Shown piece after piece: positions 1 through 10,770 of a stretch of 64,000 bases of DNA; position 1 is the stretch's first letter; each line of letters opens with the position of its first letter. The position numbers and the translations under genes are program-made. This stretch comes from a virus. The DNA lies in IMG/VR virus record IMGVR_UViG_3300025012_000053, positions 1 through 64,000 of that record. One strand, 5' to 3'. The notes beneath the pieces are model-generated. The model saw only the letters and a program-made list of their open reading frames with translations, searched no databases and had not been told where the DNA came from.

Positions 1-3000
1 TACAAGTCTGCCATCATTAGTACGATAATACCTGAGCTTACCTGAAGGACCAGCAGAAACACTCTGATTAAACTTACGTACTCCATATTCACTCTGAAGA
101 ACGAGTTTCGTACCTGAGAATTCTATATCTACAAGATTACGTTCAAGATATGAAGCAAGTTGTATAATAACTTTATCGATGATAGCAGGAAAGTCTATAC
201 TTATATCCGTACTTAAGATATCATAAGCTCTTTCATTGCCTGCACCATCCAAAAGATTAAGGATATTCCCTTTGATGCTTTTCTTATTAAAGAATTTACT
301 GAAGAACCTGTCTGATCCTATCCTTTCCAGTTCAGCCATGTGATAGTAGATCCTGTCAGCCATATCCTGGTTGTTTAAAAGCACTCTGGCAAGATATATA
401 AGCTGTGATGGTTGACGTACCTTACTCTCGATCTTGGCTTTTGGATCCAACTGTATACGATAATGATCATTCTCTACTTCAAATGTCATTTGTTTCACCA
501 ACTCCGGATCCTGAACATATCCTTCAGTAAGCATATCAAAGAATGATGCTGTCACTTCCGGCATACCAACCTTTACGCCAGACCCAAATACTGCTTCCAG
601 GGCTCCTGATTTACGTATATTATCGCGTAGGATACCAAGAGAAGGGAATTCTTTAATGAGCTCATCACTTAAAACAATAGAACTATATTTAATTGCTCTT
701 ACAGTACCATCTTTACCTATTGAATAAACTACAGGCTTTAATATCTTACCAAGTGAAAACTCTGATCCAAAACCTATGTTCTTAAGTTGTTCAAATCGTT
801 CCGGAAGCATGAATCCCTGGCCATCACCAATAGCAAAGTTATCCTTGAATGCCTTCATCAACATTGGAAGCTTCGGTAGTTCATCTTTTGTAAGAATATT
901 CTCAAGAAGAGTCTGTATATCTCCTGTCTCTTTATATTGATCACCTATGATCAGGAACTTAACTCTTTCAGGAAGCCCGAATACTTTATTAACAATAGGT
1001 TTCATACCAGGTGCTGTAGCAAGAGAAAACCTCCTCATCACATCTTCTTCATTCAAAAACTGATTATTATCACCAAGGATCATCTGATTAAGAAAATATG
1101 AATTAATATAGTTATTTGCTACATAAGAATATACAAATGGAAATATAAGATCCCTGTCAATAAGATATTCACCGGTTGTATTATTGACGGAACGAAGTTT
1201 CTTTTTACCTCTCAGGTTTGAATTGATAAATCCATCCATCGAAACATCTTCTCCAAGAATTCTTTTAACATTCTTCATAGAGAACATATCGGAATCAAAT
1301 GGGACCTTATTTTCTATAATGGTATCTGCTGCCTTTTCTGCTTCACGTTTTAATAAATCCATGACCTTATCGGAATACTTTGTAATCTCTTCTTCCGATA
1401 GTGGTTTTTTAACTATGTCGCGTTTACCGATTACCTCCTGTAATAATCTGAGATTAATAAACTTACTTTTATTATTTTCTTTTATACCTGAAAGCTGTGG
1501 AGAACTGTTTATCTGTCTTATTGCATCTTCTATTGAAGTTCGGACTTGTGCAATAGTAAGTACATTGATCTTTGCCCCGAGAACATTATTCCTTTCATTG
1601 GGATATAGTGCCTGGAAGTATTTCTCTCTTCCTTCACTTGAATATCTTATCCTGTCAATGAATCCTGCAACAAAAGTCCTTACTATAAAATCCTGTGTAC
1701 TCTCATCTTTTTGTTTTATCCCAAATAGATTTTCATTGAATCCTATATTCCGTATGCCATCATGATCAAATACTGAGAAGATCTTATTCTTCCCGGTCAA
1801 GAATATATTATGCTTAAAATAATCAGACCTGAGATGATTTGGAATAGACAGAGATATGCTCCCGCCTTTTAATTCTCTTGTATTAATAAGACTAAATAAT
1901 ACATTATGAGCAAATGAAGATGGCGACCACATGTATTTACGTTTCTTTGCAACATCCCTGACATTAGTTGCCCTTAGATTAGCATTACTATACATCATAA
2001 GCCTGGATAATCCCCTTAATAGATTACCGCTCTCTGCGAGTATGTCTTCTGTAGTATAGTAAAGATCCGCTGCTTCTTCTCCTGATTCGATAGCATCCTG
2101 AGTAATTGTCTCTTTTGCTTTTCCTATAAGTACAGAAATCCTTGATATGAATCCTTCAAGATCATTATATATAGCAGTAACATCTGATTCTACATTCTGA
2201 ATGTTATTAGCAAGCAGTCCCATTCCCATCTTCTTAAGGAATGATCTTATAAGTTCAAGTCGATTATCTTTAAATTCATTTTTATTAGGAGCCCACCAAC
2301 CTTTAACGAATTTATCAACAGAATCCTTATCAGGTAATGAATCAACGATATTCTCTTTTAACTGACTTTCTATTCCAAGATGAGGACCAAAATATGAACC
2401 GGGAATATAAGATATAGCATATGTACCTGCTCCTTCCCATTTCTTTTCTACAAGAAATAGATTTTTTTGCTTCTGGTTATTAAAGAGATTGATGATACTC
2501 CGATAAGTATTTACATTCATATATTTCTCAAAATGTCCCTTTATATCATCAATATTAAGATCATATGTTGATGATAAACGAATAATATACTCCCGGGTAC
2601 TTTCATTATCTGCCCTTGCAATAGTATTAGAGCCTATGATAGATGCTCCTGCAGGCCCGGCAACATCACTTACATCTTTATTCTCTGAGAATGCAAACAG
2701 GTTCTCATTAATAAAACGCATCGTATTTGGAAGATTGGTTCCATCTTTACCATAATTGATTCTACGCGCATCATTATTAAGATTCTTTATATACTCGACT
2801 ATTGCATATGATCGTGGTTCTTTACCATTATTTCTCCATTGTTCTTCAACCTGTTTTATAAACTCACTATTTTCTGGCTGTAAACCTTCAAAGAGTTGCA
2901 ATGTCCTGATATATGCTTCTCTCCACCCCATATACTTACCGGTAGCAAGTTTAATATTGGAAAGGAAATCTTTTACAACTGCTGACATCTTTGCTTCCTG

Positions 3001-6000
3001 GTTAAAATCATCAGACTCCATGATATGTTCCTTCATGTTAACCCTGTCAACAATCTTGTCATAATATTCTTTTATTTCCTCTGTAGATATGGTTGTATCA
3101 ACGGTTATCTCTCCTGCAGAACTGAAGTCCCAATTTTGATATATATCATTGACAAGAAGATTGTAGTTGTCAATTACTGTCTTGTAATATCCGGCTTCTT
3201 TTCCATTCTCTGCTATCTCATTAAGAGAAGTTTTTGCTTTCTTAAGTCTCTTCCCTTCTTTTAATAATATTATATAATCCTGTGTTATTACATCTTTTGC
3301 AATATCAAACATCTCTCTTCTGGTTACAGGGAAACCATCAAATCCAAGTGCATGAATCCTTAAAAACTCATCCTGTATTATTGCCCTGGCATTACGATAT
3401 ACATCAATGGCATGTGAAAAACTACCAGTATCCTGTCCGTAAAGAGAAATAATATTACGCATAGACCGGGTAATACCAATGCCAGTATATTTACTCTTTG
3501 TGAAATAACCTCCTTCAATAGTCTCAAAGAACCTATCAAGACTATTCATGTTCATATTAATAAACCCAAGATTCTTAGCGAGCCAGTTGAAGAATCTCTT
3601 TAGTATGTTATCAACAGTTGTAAGTTTCTTTTGTTGATAATCCTGAAACTTCTCGGCAAGTAATTCCTCTATCTCATCCACTGATCTGTCAGCATACTCT
3701 TTAAATTGATTCCTGAAGGCATTAACGATCATATTACGTTCTCTCTGGCTGAGATGTTCATTGAAGATCTTATGGAACGTCTCATGCCTTATTATCTTCT
3801 TAAATGTCATGCCACCGCGTTCCATTGCCCAGATAACTTCATCCCGGTATAAACCATAAAGACTTCTTCCATCTTCCATCCCGGATAAAGTCATCTCATC
3901 AACAAAATACAATACTTCTTTTCCCTCTTTTGATATGTTAGGGATGAATTTCTCAAGTAGTTTACGAGCTTCTTCCTGAGTTATTGCTTCACCAGGATCC
4001 TGTCCCACGTTAAGCATATTCCGGGTCCTTCTTCTATTTACTATTTTATCCTGAACGCTATTAACAGCTTTGTCTATTTTAGCTCCTATAGTCTTTGGTT
4101 CATCTTTAGCTGTCTCTGGTTTCTTATCCAGATCTATTTGTATTTGTGTACGGTTTATTGATGATAGTTTACTTGCCAGAAGATCCTCGAGCTGAACTAT
4201 GTTCCTATTAATATCTTTCCCAAGTTCATTGATCCCCTGTGGTCCATTCATCATAAGGGGTAGGTTCAAAGATGTGTGATTACCATCCTGATCGAATGTT
4301 AGTATCTGATGTAATTGTTCTGAGGTAACAAGCGCTACCTCATGTTCCTTCCTGAGTTCATCAAACTCCTGTTTACTTATTCCTTCAACCAATGTTTGCT
4401 GATTGTCTTTTATTTGTAACAAAAGTGTTTCAAGCCTGGTTATATTTTCTTCATCGGTAAAGCTTTTTGTCTCATCAAGAAATTCGGTTACATCTCTGGC
4501 ACCGCGACCTATTGATATCTGTTCTCTTGCCATCTCCTTATAGATTTTAAGAAGATGTTCATAATAATTGGTTGATGAATTATGTTCACTCAAGAGATGT
4601 TTTGCCTGTGTTATATATTTAACCGATGGCTTGCCATCTGTATATGTTGTTATCCTTTTCTTAATGACCCAGGGATTATCACTATTAGCCTTAGCGAGTA
4701 TATTAAGAGCTATCTGTGCTGTTCCCTTACCTGCAATAAGTTTATTCTGGTCAGTTACATATTCAACAATATCTGATTTGTTATCCTTACGAAGAATATA
4801 CCCGCCTTGTTTCTTTGGATGCTTTTTAAACTCATATGTATAATCAGGATTAGTAAGTTCCGTTGGACCAAGATACTGTTCCATCTCTTCCTGGCTCTTA
4901 ACTTCTACCCTCTGTTCTCCTGGTCCATAGAATCCCGGGATGATAGTAGCTGATAATTCAGCAATCTTATTGAACTGTTCTTCTGTTACATTTGGAAATC
5001 CTCTTTCTTCAAACTCATCCTGGTAATCTTTATATTTATAGTTACCATCTTTAATACTCTGTATCTCTCCATCAGCATTGACCTCAAAATTCTTATAGAA
5101 CCTTTTAAGAAATTCATTTACTCCTGGCTCAGAAAGTCTTCCTATTCCCAAAGCCTCAAAAGTATCTATAGCAGAAGTAAAATCAGATAACTTCTGCATA
5201 AGATTATCACTATTACGTATCTTCCTTGCAGTAAGTCTTATGAACTGTTCTTTACGTGTGTGCTCTTCTCCATCCTTAGTTGTTTTACGCTGAATAATAA
5301 GATATGGGACACCCGGGAATAACTTCTTATCTTTTATACTAAACATCTCGATAGTGAAAGCAAGAGTCTCTTTTAATGGTGAAGAAAAGATGCTCTCCGC
5401 TTTTGCAAGTAACCTCTTAAGAAATCCAGTTCCCTGATCCTGAATTGTATCTGAATAAGTATAGGATAACTGTTCTGCTTTTCTTATTGTTCCTTCTGCA
5501 AGTATTGTAGGACCAGTTTCAAGTTTAAGAGTTCCCTCTATTCCTGCAGATAAACTATTTGATACATTGCCGGCAGCTTCACTCCTGGATAACAGATCAA
5601 GACCAAAATCATCTTCAAGAAGCTCAGCCTGACCCATGATGCCAATCTGTTCCCACTTTCCATTACCTGTTGGACCTGGAAGAGGAGAACCATCTATATT
5701 GATCTGCTGTGCCACTATCCATATCTGGTAATCCTTAATATCGGGATTGTAAACCCTTATATATTTTACCTTGGATCCACTTCTTATATATGGTGTACTG
5801 TCTGATTTATTATCCCTGCTCTTGATAGGATAATATGAAGGAAACCTGACAGATCTTGTATTACCATCAGAAAGATCAAGAAGAAACTCACCTCCGGTAG
5901 ATGGTATATTATCAATACTCATCTCTTCATCTTCTGCGGGAGAATCTTTAATATCAGAGAATGGCACCTGTTCTTCAGTTTCTCCTGTTGCTTTTAATGC

Positions 6001-9000
6001 CTGCGCAGGTGCAACCCCGGCGCCTTTTATTGTCATACCATGAATTCTTGCTTCAAACTCAAGTCTGTTTGCAAATGCATTACGTATATCAATATCCCTT
6101 TGTTTATTATCTTCTGGAACAATATCATGTACACGGAATCTCCATGCCCCAGGATCCTTTTCATAACTCTTGATGAAGATATAATCCTTTGACCGGGATA
6201 AGGCTGTGTACATACCTTCATTAAACTTACGCTGCGCTGCCTTGAGATATGTATCAAAATCTTTTGGATCCATATCGACATATACTTCATCATACTGAAG
6301 ACCTGCTACAGCATCATACTGCATTATATCAACACCAAGACCTTCATAGAACTTAGCATCCTGCTCATTACTGACTACTATAACCCTGCTCCTTTGATTT
6401 GCTTTCTGATGTATTGCTATCTGTCTTTTAAGATCTGCCTTGCTGCCTGATATGTGAACTCCATTAGCAGGATTGCCAAGATCGGCATCAGCAACACCAA
6501 GGATTGTATTTACCTTTGATGGCACACCAAGGAACCTGTTCTGGATACTTATTATTGCTGAATTGCCGGACCGGAATACTGCAGTAAGAGGATTAAGATG
6601 ACGTACATTGATCATATCACCATAGAAATTATTGATAGCAGGGAAATCCACGTTCCTGTTTGATGACTGTGAAGGATCTCCAAATACATATACTCTTAAT
6701 GGTTTCTTTCTTGTCTCATTTGCCTTAGTTACATTTTCTGCTATCATATCAAGCTGTGAAGCATCAAGCCTGGCTACTTCATCAATAAGAAGAATATTGA
6801 ATTTATCATCCTTTAGCAGCTGATAATCAAATGTATCTACAAGTCCGGTATTGGTTACTCCTTCAAGACTTTTCTTTAATACACCAAGAGCATTCTCATG
6901 AGTGCTCAGACCAATTACTGATTCTGGTTTAAAGCCCATCATCCTGGATAACCACTTCGCAAATATTGTTGTCTTACCTGATCCAGCCAATCCCTTCAGA
7001 TAATACCATCCTTTATACTCCTGCTTAGACTGTGTTTTTGTTAAAGAGATATTAAGTTCACGTATAGCTTCACGAAGAGCTATATCCTGTTGATTACTCG
7101 GGATCTTATCTTCAGTATTCAATAGAGAATTCTCTACTTCTATTATCTCTTCAATCTTGATTTTACTTTCAAGCATCCTGGTTAACTTGTCAAGGGCAAG
7201 AAGAGATATATGTGTCTCAAGAAGCTCGAGTAGTTTCTTCTTATCTACATTATAAACAACAGGAGCGCCTTCTTTCAGTGCTGTATGTAGTTTGATTGCA
7301 TCCTTATCAATAAAGAAGTCATCAATGGCATTTGCCTTGGTTATATTAAGATTAGGATCAAACTTATTAACAATGATCTCAAGTATGTCATTGAATGCAC
7401 TGTCAGGATACTTCTTATATTGCTCAAGAGTAGTCAGTGAATATAACTTAACCATATCCATTACCTGCTGAGCAAATGTCTCTATCCTGCTATTAATTAT
7501 CTCGGTAGTTTTCTTATTTAATTCATTTTTTGCTTCATTGTTTTTCTTAACCAGTTCGATGATTTTCTCAACGAACGTACTGTCATAGGTATATTCTATA
7601 CCATCCTGCTGAGCTTTTGATGCTTCGTTAAGAATTCCTTCAAGGATATCCTTGCCAATAGTCTTCTCGATAATACTGTAGATATCTTTATTAAGATCCG
7701 ATACCTGATGTGTTTTCTTATCACGGTTAGTTATAAGACCTATGGCATTAAATAGCGAAGCGGAATAATTGATCCTGCTTTTCATATCAATCACGCTCAT
7801 CTTTTCCCGGGCCTCAGCAGCTTTAGGTCTTAATGTATTAAGATCCTCTATCGCCCTGTCGATCTTCTCAAGAAACCCCTTAAATTCATTCGTGGTGAGC
7901 AATCTCCTTCTGCCAGGGGAACTATATATCTGTTTTCTTCTATCAAGTTCTGTCAAAGCATTGTCAATAGCTGAAACATCATTATACTTATCATTACCCC
8001 TGGCTGCATGTATTATATCCTTAGCTGTATCTATAGGCTGATCAGCAAACTCTCTTTGAAACTTACGATATGTTTTCTTCTGATCCTTCGCGAATGTTTT
8101 ATCTTCAAGTTCCGGGATATTAGATAATATATCCTGAAATGACTGTGATGAACGTTCATGATCCAGACGAAGAGCCTCTCTTGTATCTATCTTCTTCTGT
8201 AATTTTATTGCTTCGTTATTAAGCTTCTCAAAATCTGGTCCTGGTTGTTTCGGACCAAAAGGTATTCCATCCTCATCAACAGGTTGGACCATGCTACCTT
8301 CTCTTGCTGCTTCGGCTTGTCTCTCCCACTCTTCTGCCTGGTTCTTTGTCCTGTTAAGATATGATCCTCTCTGGTTTATAAGTGACTGTACCTTATCAAG
8401 ATCTTCTTTGGAATAATAATCACCATTTGATATATTGTTAACAACGGTGTTAATAACATCAGATATAGGCTTCCTGCCTTTTACTGCTTCTTCTACATCC
8501 TTTGCTGTCTGAGCTTTCCTACGATAGTTCTTTCCTATATCATGGAAATAGTTATACATGGCGCCAAACTCATTAGACATATCCGGCGCAAGGCCATCGG
8601 CTACATCCCTGGCAAACCTGGTAGAAAAAGGATTCTTGGTACCATTGATATAAAAATACTCATCCTGTTCATACTGTGCTCTCTCAATATCTTTCTGAGT
8701 AACTTTTGAATCCGGTTGTTGCTGATCTTTTTTAAGTTGCGTAACCTTGTCCCTGGCATTGGCTTTCATGAACTGCTCATTAAGATAATCCGTGTATAAC
8801 TTCTCACGGGTTTTCTTTTCAAGGATCTTCCCGGTCAGTCTCTCACTATCTTTTATAAGCTTTCGAATATCATCTTTCTGCTCATCTGAAATCTGGTCAT
8901 TAGAAAGATAATCCTCATACATATTTCTCTTTACCTGTTCTCCAAAGAGTGTTTTTAAAGCTACTATATTAAACTCTTCTCTTGACTTCTCATTCTTAAA

Positions 9001-10767
9001 GTCTTCAGCACTCATGATCTGGTTACGTGCATTTTCAAATGCTTCACGCAAAGGTTTAATATCTGCCTTTGTAAACTTATTCTGATATCCTTTCTCTGCA
9101 AGTTCCTTTGGTATTGCCAGATCACGTTCCATCAGGAGATCATCTACTTCCTCAAGGTTAGTCATGCCCGGAGTAGTAGCATAGTTAAAATATAACCTTG
9201 CCAGGGCATCTTTATTTATTGTCTCAAGGTGAATATTATCAGCATTGACTGTTGCTGCCATACCTTCATCAAAAAGAAGTTTATTATAAAGAGAATACAT
9301 GAACATCCTCTCTGCCTTATCAATATCTATCTCAGTTTCATTATTTTCATTATAGTATGATTCTGTCTCTATATCCCTGACAGTACCATCTTCCTGTTGT
9401 TGTTTTATAGTTGATTTGAAAGTCTTGTAAGGAGCTGCAATATGTTGTGAATACCACTTATCATGCTTATTCATCTCTCCCTTAAGGAAAGTATAAATAT
9501 CTTCTTCCTCTTGTATCTGTTTTCTTTCCCCTACTGCTGAAGCCCTGCCTCCAACACCACCAAAGAGACTACCAACCAAAGATCCAAGAACCATATTTTT
9601 TTGACCCTCTACAGTACTAAAATTATCAATCCATTCATTTGCTATCCCAAGAGTATAGTCATCAATATTCTGTCCGAATGATTCTTTCCTCGTACTATAT
9701 GTCTGAAGGGCATGTTGCATACCTTCTTCCCATAGACCTTCTGATACAAGTCCTGTTCCTATGCCTTTCAATGATTCTCCCCATAGCGATATATCTTTTG
9801 AAGCAATAGTTCCTGCGCGTACTCCTGTCCTCATCTCTGACGCTACCTGTCCGATCTTGCCGAACATAAACTTACTCTGAATGTAGTTAGGAACTATCAG
9901 TACTCCAAGGTTCCCTTTAAATACATTAGCTGCTCCGGTAGACACAACTCCATTTATCTTTGTCTGTTGTTCAGTAGTAAGCATCTCGAATGGCTTATCA
10001 TAATCGCGCATTGACATCTTCTGCTTCTCACTGTCCTTAAAGTCTTTTGATTCAAACCCGGCTTCTCCTATTGAGTTCAGAAGTGTTGATCCATATACCT
10101 GAACTTTTTGGCCCATTATCTTTGCAGCCTCTTTTGTTGCGCCTGCTCCTGCAAGAGCCTTTCCAAGACCAAGAGCTTTTGATGCAGCACCAATACCGGC
10201 TCCGGTAAGATATGCAGATCCAAGGAAAGCAAATGAATCAAAAAGATCATCAAACCAGAATGCAGGATCCTTCATCTGTTGTAACAGGTTTCCGTTTCTT
10301 GCACTATAGGATTTATTAATCGGAAGGGATTCCCTGAGACCAGAATCCATCTTACTCATTGTATTTACAAAAGCATTATCCCATATAACATTAGGATCTG
10401 CTGTTTCCGGATCATCAAGATAATCCATACCATAAGAAACAGCTCCGGCTATATGACCTACATTCTGAGCAAACTTAGGAATAAGACTTGTACCACGCGA
10501 TACAAGGCCACTACCGAATTTATTAAAGAATGGTTGAACTTCAGCTTTCATTGACTCTTCATCCCATACAGGAACACCCTGTCCGATAAGATACTTTGCT
10601 TTACCGACAGATGTATCCATATTAAAATAAGAACCAGGTCTTTGTTCTCTTTGTTTGAATAGCTTTATTGGTAATGGTTTTTCAACAGGAAGTCCTGTCC
10701 CTTGTTCTATTATTGGACTTTCAATATCCTGGGCATCAGGGTCTACCCAGTTTCTATTAGATATCAT
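1..10767 (-). CDS. Giant virion cargo polyprotein, 3' end outside the window (>3589 aa): membrane/ejection region + SF1 helicase + zincin metallopeptidase + N-terminal part of a crAss-type virion RNA polymerase
   Basis: ATG at 10767 just after the stop of the upstream gene (MISNRNWVDPDAQDIE...). Manual translation at several places stays open in the same frame down to base 1, and the ORF track lists no stop-terminated ORF in this frame. Motifs: Gly/Ala-rich hydrophobic stretches and SEGLWEEGMQ near the N-terminus; Walker A GLAGSGKT (6970-6993), LLIDE, GDPSQ, YTALSRSK; HETFH (3772-3786) followed by EELLAE; GDGQGF...KPVVY...IKYSS...SGVKVG...IQLD (about 400-830), resembling crAss RNAP segments. 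The catalytic DxDxD motif is not seen and should lie beyond the edge. Confidence 0.85.
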   Translation of the reverse strand, partial: MISNRNWVDPDAQDIESPIIEQGTGLPVEKPLPIKLFKQREQRPGSYFNMDTSVGKAKYLIGQGVPVWDEESMKAEVQPFFNKFGSGLVSRGTSLIPKFAQNVGHIAGAVSYGMDYLDDPETADPNVIWDNAFVNTMSKMDSGLRESLPINKSYSARNGNLLQQMKDPAFWFDDLFDSFAFLGSAYLTGAGIGAASKALGLGKALAGAGATKEAAKIMGQKVQVYGSTLLNSIGEAGFESKDFKDSEKQKMSMRDYDKPFEMLTTEQQTKINGVVSTGAANVFKGNLGVLIVPNYIQSKFMFGKIGQVASEMRTGVRAGTIASKDISLWGESLKGIGTGLVSEGLWEEGMQHALQTYSTRKESFGQNIDDYTLGIANEWIDNFSTVEGQKNMVLGSLVGSLFGGVGGRASAVGERKQIQEEEDIYTFLKGEMNKHDKWYSQHIAAPYKTFKSTIKQQQEDGTVRDIETESYYNENNETEIDIDKAERMFMYSLYNKLLFDEGMAATVNADNIHLETINKDALARLYFNYATTPGMTNLEEVDDLLMERDLAIPKELAEKGYQNKFTKADIKPLREAFENARNQIMSAEDFKNEKSREEFNIVALKTLFGEQVKRNMYEDYLSNDQISDEQKDDIRKLIKDSERLTGKILEKKTREKLYTDYLNEQFMKANARDKVTQLKKDQQQPDSKVTQKDIERAQYEQDEYFYINGTKNPFSTRFARDVADGLAPDMSNEFGAMYNYFHDIGKNYRRKAQTAKDVEEAVKGRKPISDVINTVVNNISNGDYYSKEDLDKVQSLINQRGSYLNRTKNQAEEWERQAEAAREGSMVQPVDEDGIPFGPKQPGPDFEKLNNEAIKLQKKIDTREALRLDHERSSQSFQDILSNIPELEDKTFAKDQKKTYRKFQREFADQPIDTAKDIIHAARGNDKYNDVSAIDNALTELDRRKQIYSSPGRRRLLTTNEFKGFLEKIDRAIEDLNTLRPKAAEAREKMSVIDMKSRINYSASLFNAIGLITNRDKKTHQVSDLNKDIYSIIEKTIGKDILEGILNEASKAQQDGIEYTYDSTFVEKIIELVKKNNEAKNELNKKTTEIINSRIETFAQQVMDMVKLYSLTTLEQYKKYPDSAFNDILEIIVNKFDPNLNITKANAIDDFFIDKDAIKLHTALKEGAPVVYNVDKKKLLELLETHISLLALDKLTRMLESKIKIEEIIEVENSLLNTEDKIPSNQQDIALREAIRELNISLTKTQSKQEYKGWYYLKGLAGSGKTTIFAKWLSRMMGFKPESVIGLSTHENALGVLKKSLEGVTNTGLVDTFDYQLLKDDKFNILLIDEVARLDASQLDMIAENVTKANETRKKPLRVYVFGDPSQSSNRNVDFPAINNFYGDMINVRHLNPLTAVFRSGNSAIISIQNRFLGVPSKVNTILGVADADLGNPANGVHISGSKADLKRQIAIHQKANQRSRVIVVSNEQDAKFYEGLGVDIMQYDAVAGLQYDEVYVDMDPKDFDTYLKAAQRKFNEGMYTALSRSKDYIFIKSYEKDPGAWRFRVHDIVPEDNKQRDIDIRNAFANRLEFEARIHGMTIKGAGVAPAQALKATGETEEQVPFSDIKDSPAEDEEMSIDNIPSTGGEFLLDLSDGNTRSVRFPSYYPIKSRDNKSDSTPYIRSGSKVKYIRVYNPDIKDYQIWIVAQQINIDGSPLPGPTGNGKWEQIGIMGQAELLEDDFGLDLLSRSEAAGNVSNSLSAGIEGTLKLETGPTILAEGTIRKAEQLSYTYSDTIQDQGTGFLKRLLAKAESIFSSPLKETLAFTIEMFSIKDKKLFPGVPYLIIQRKTTKDGEEHTRKEQFIRLTARKIRNSDNLMQKLSDFTSAIDTFEALGIGRLSEPGVNEFLKRFYKNFEVNADGEIQSIKDGNYKYKDYQDEFEERGFPNVTEEQFNKIAELSATIIPGFYGPGEQRVEVKSQEEMEQYLGPTELTNPDYTYEFKKHPKKQGGYILRKDNKSDIVEYVTDQNKLIAGKGTAQIALNILAKANSDNPWVIKKRITTYTDGKPSVKYITQAKHLLSEHNSSTNYYEHLLKIYKEMAREQISIGRGARDVTEFLDETKSFTDEENITRLETLLLQIKDNQQTLVEGISKQEFDELRKEHEVALVTSEQLHQILTFDQDGNHTSLNLPLMMNGPQGINELGKDINRNIVQLEDLLASKLSSINRTQIQIDLDKKPETAKDEPKTIGAKIDKAVNSVQDKIVNRRRTRNMLNVGQDPGEAITQEEARKLLEKFIPNISKEGKEVLYFVDEMTLSGMEDGRSLYGLYRDEVIWAMERGGMTFKKIIRHETFHKIFNEHLSQRERNMIVNAFRNQFKEYADRSVDEIEELLAEKFQDYQQKKLTTVDNILKRFFNWLAKNLGFINMNMNSLDRFFETIEGGYFTKSKYTGIGITRSMRNIISLYGQDTGSFSHAIDVYRNARAIIQDEFLRIHALGFDGFPVTRREMFDIAKDVITQDYIILLKEGKRLKKAKTSLNEIAENGKEAGYYKTVIDNYNLLVNDIYQNWDFSSAGEITVDTTISTEEIKEYYDKIVDRVNMKEHIMESDDFNQEAKMSAVVKDFLSNIKLATGKYMGWREAYIRTLQLFEGLQPENSEFIKQVEEQWRNNGKEPRSYAIVEYIKNLNNDARRINYGKDGTNLPNTMRFINENLFAFSENKDVSDVAGPAGASIIGSNTIARADNESTREYIIRLSSTYDLNIDDIKGHFEKYMNVNTYRSIINLFNNQKQKNLFLVEKKWEGAGTYAISYIPGSYFGPHLGIESQLKENIVDSLPDKDSVDKFVKGWWAPNKNEFKDNRLELIRSFLKKMGMGLLANNIQNVESDVTAIYNDLEGFISRISVLIGKAKETITQDAIESGEEAADLYYTTEDILAESGNLLRGLSRLMMYSNANLRATNVRDVAKKRKYMWSPSSFAHNVLFSLINTRELKGGSISLSIPNHLRSDYFKHNIFLTGKNKIFSVFDHDGIRNIGFNENLFGIKQKDESTQDFIVRTFVAGFIDRIRYSSEGREKYFQALYPNERNNVLGAKINVLTIAQVRTSIEDAIRQINSSPQLSGIKENNKSKFINLRLLQEVIGKRDIVKKPLSEEEITKYSDKVMDLLKREAEKAADTIIENKVPFDSDMFSMKNVKRILGEDVSMDGFINSNLRGKKKLRSVNNTTGEYLIDRDLIFPFVYSYVANNYINSYFLNQMILGDNNQFLNEEDVMRRFSLATAPGMKPIVNKVFGLPERVKFLIIGDQYKETGDIQTLLENILTKDELPKLPMLMKAFKDNFAIGDGQGFMLPERFEQLKNIGFGSEFSLGKILKPVVYSIGKDGTVRAIKYSSIVLSDELIKEFPSLGILRDNIRKSGALEAVFGSGVKVGMPEVTASFFDMLTEGYVQDPELVKQMTFEVENDHYRIQLDPKAKIESKVRQPSQLIYLARVLLNNQDMADRIYYHMAELERIGSDRFFSKFFNKKSIKGNILNLLDGAGNERAYDILSTDISIDFPAIIDKVIIQLASYLERNLVDIEFSGTKLVLQSEYGVRKFNQSVSAGPSGKLRYYRTNDGRLV

Positions 10768-10770
10768 ATC

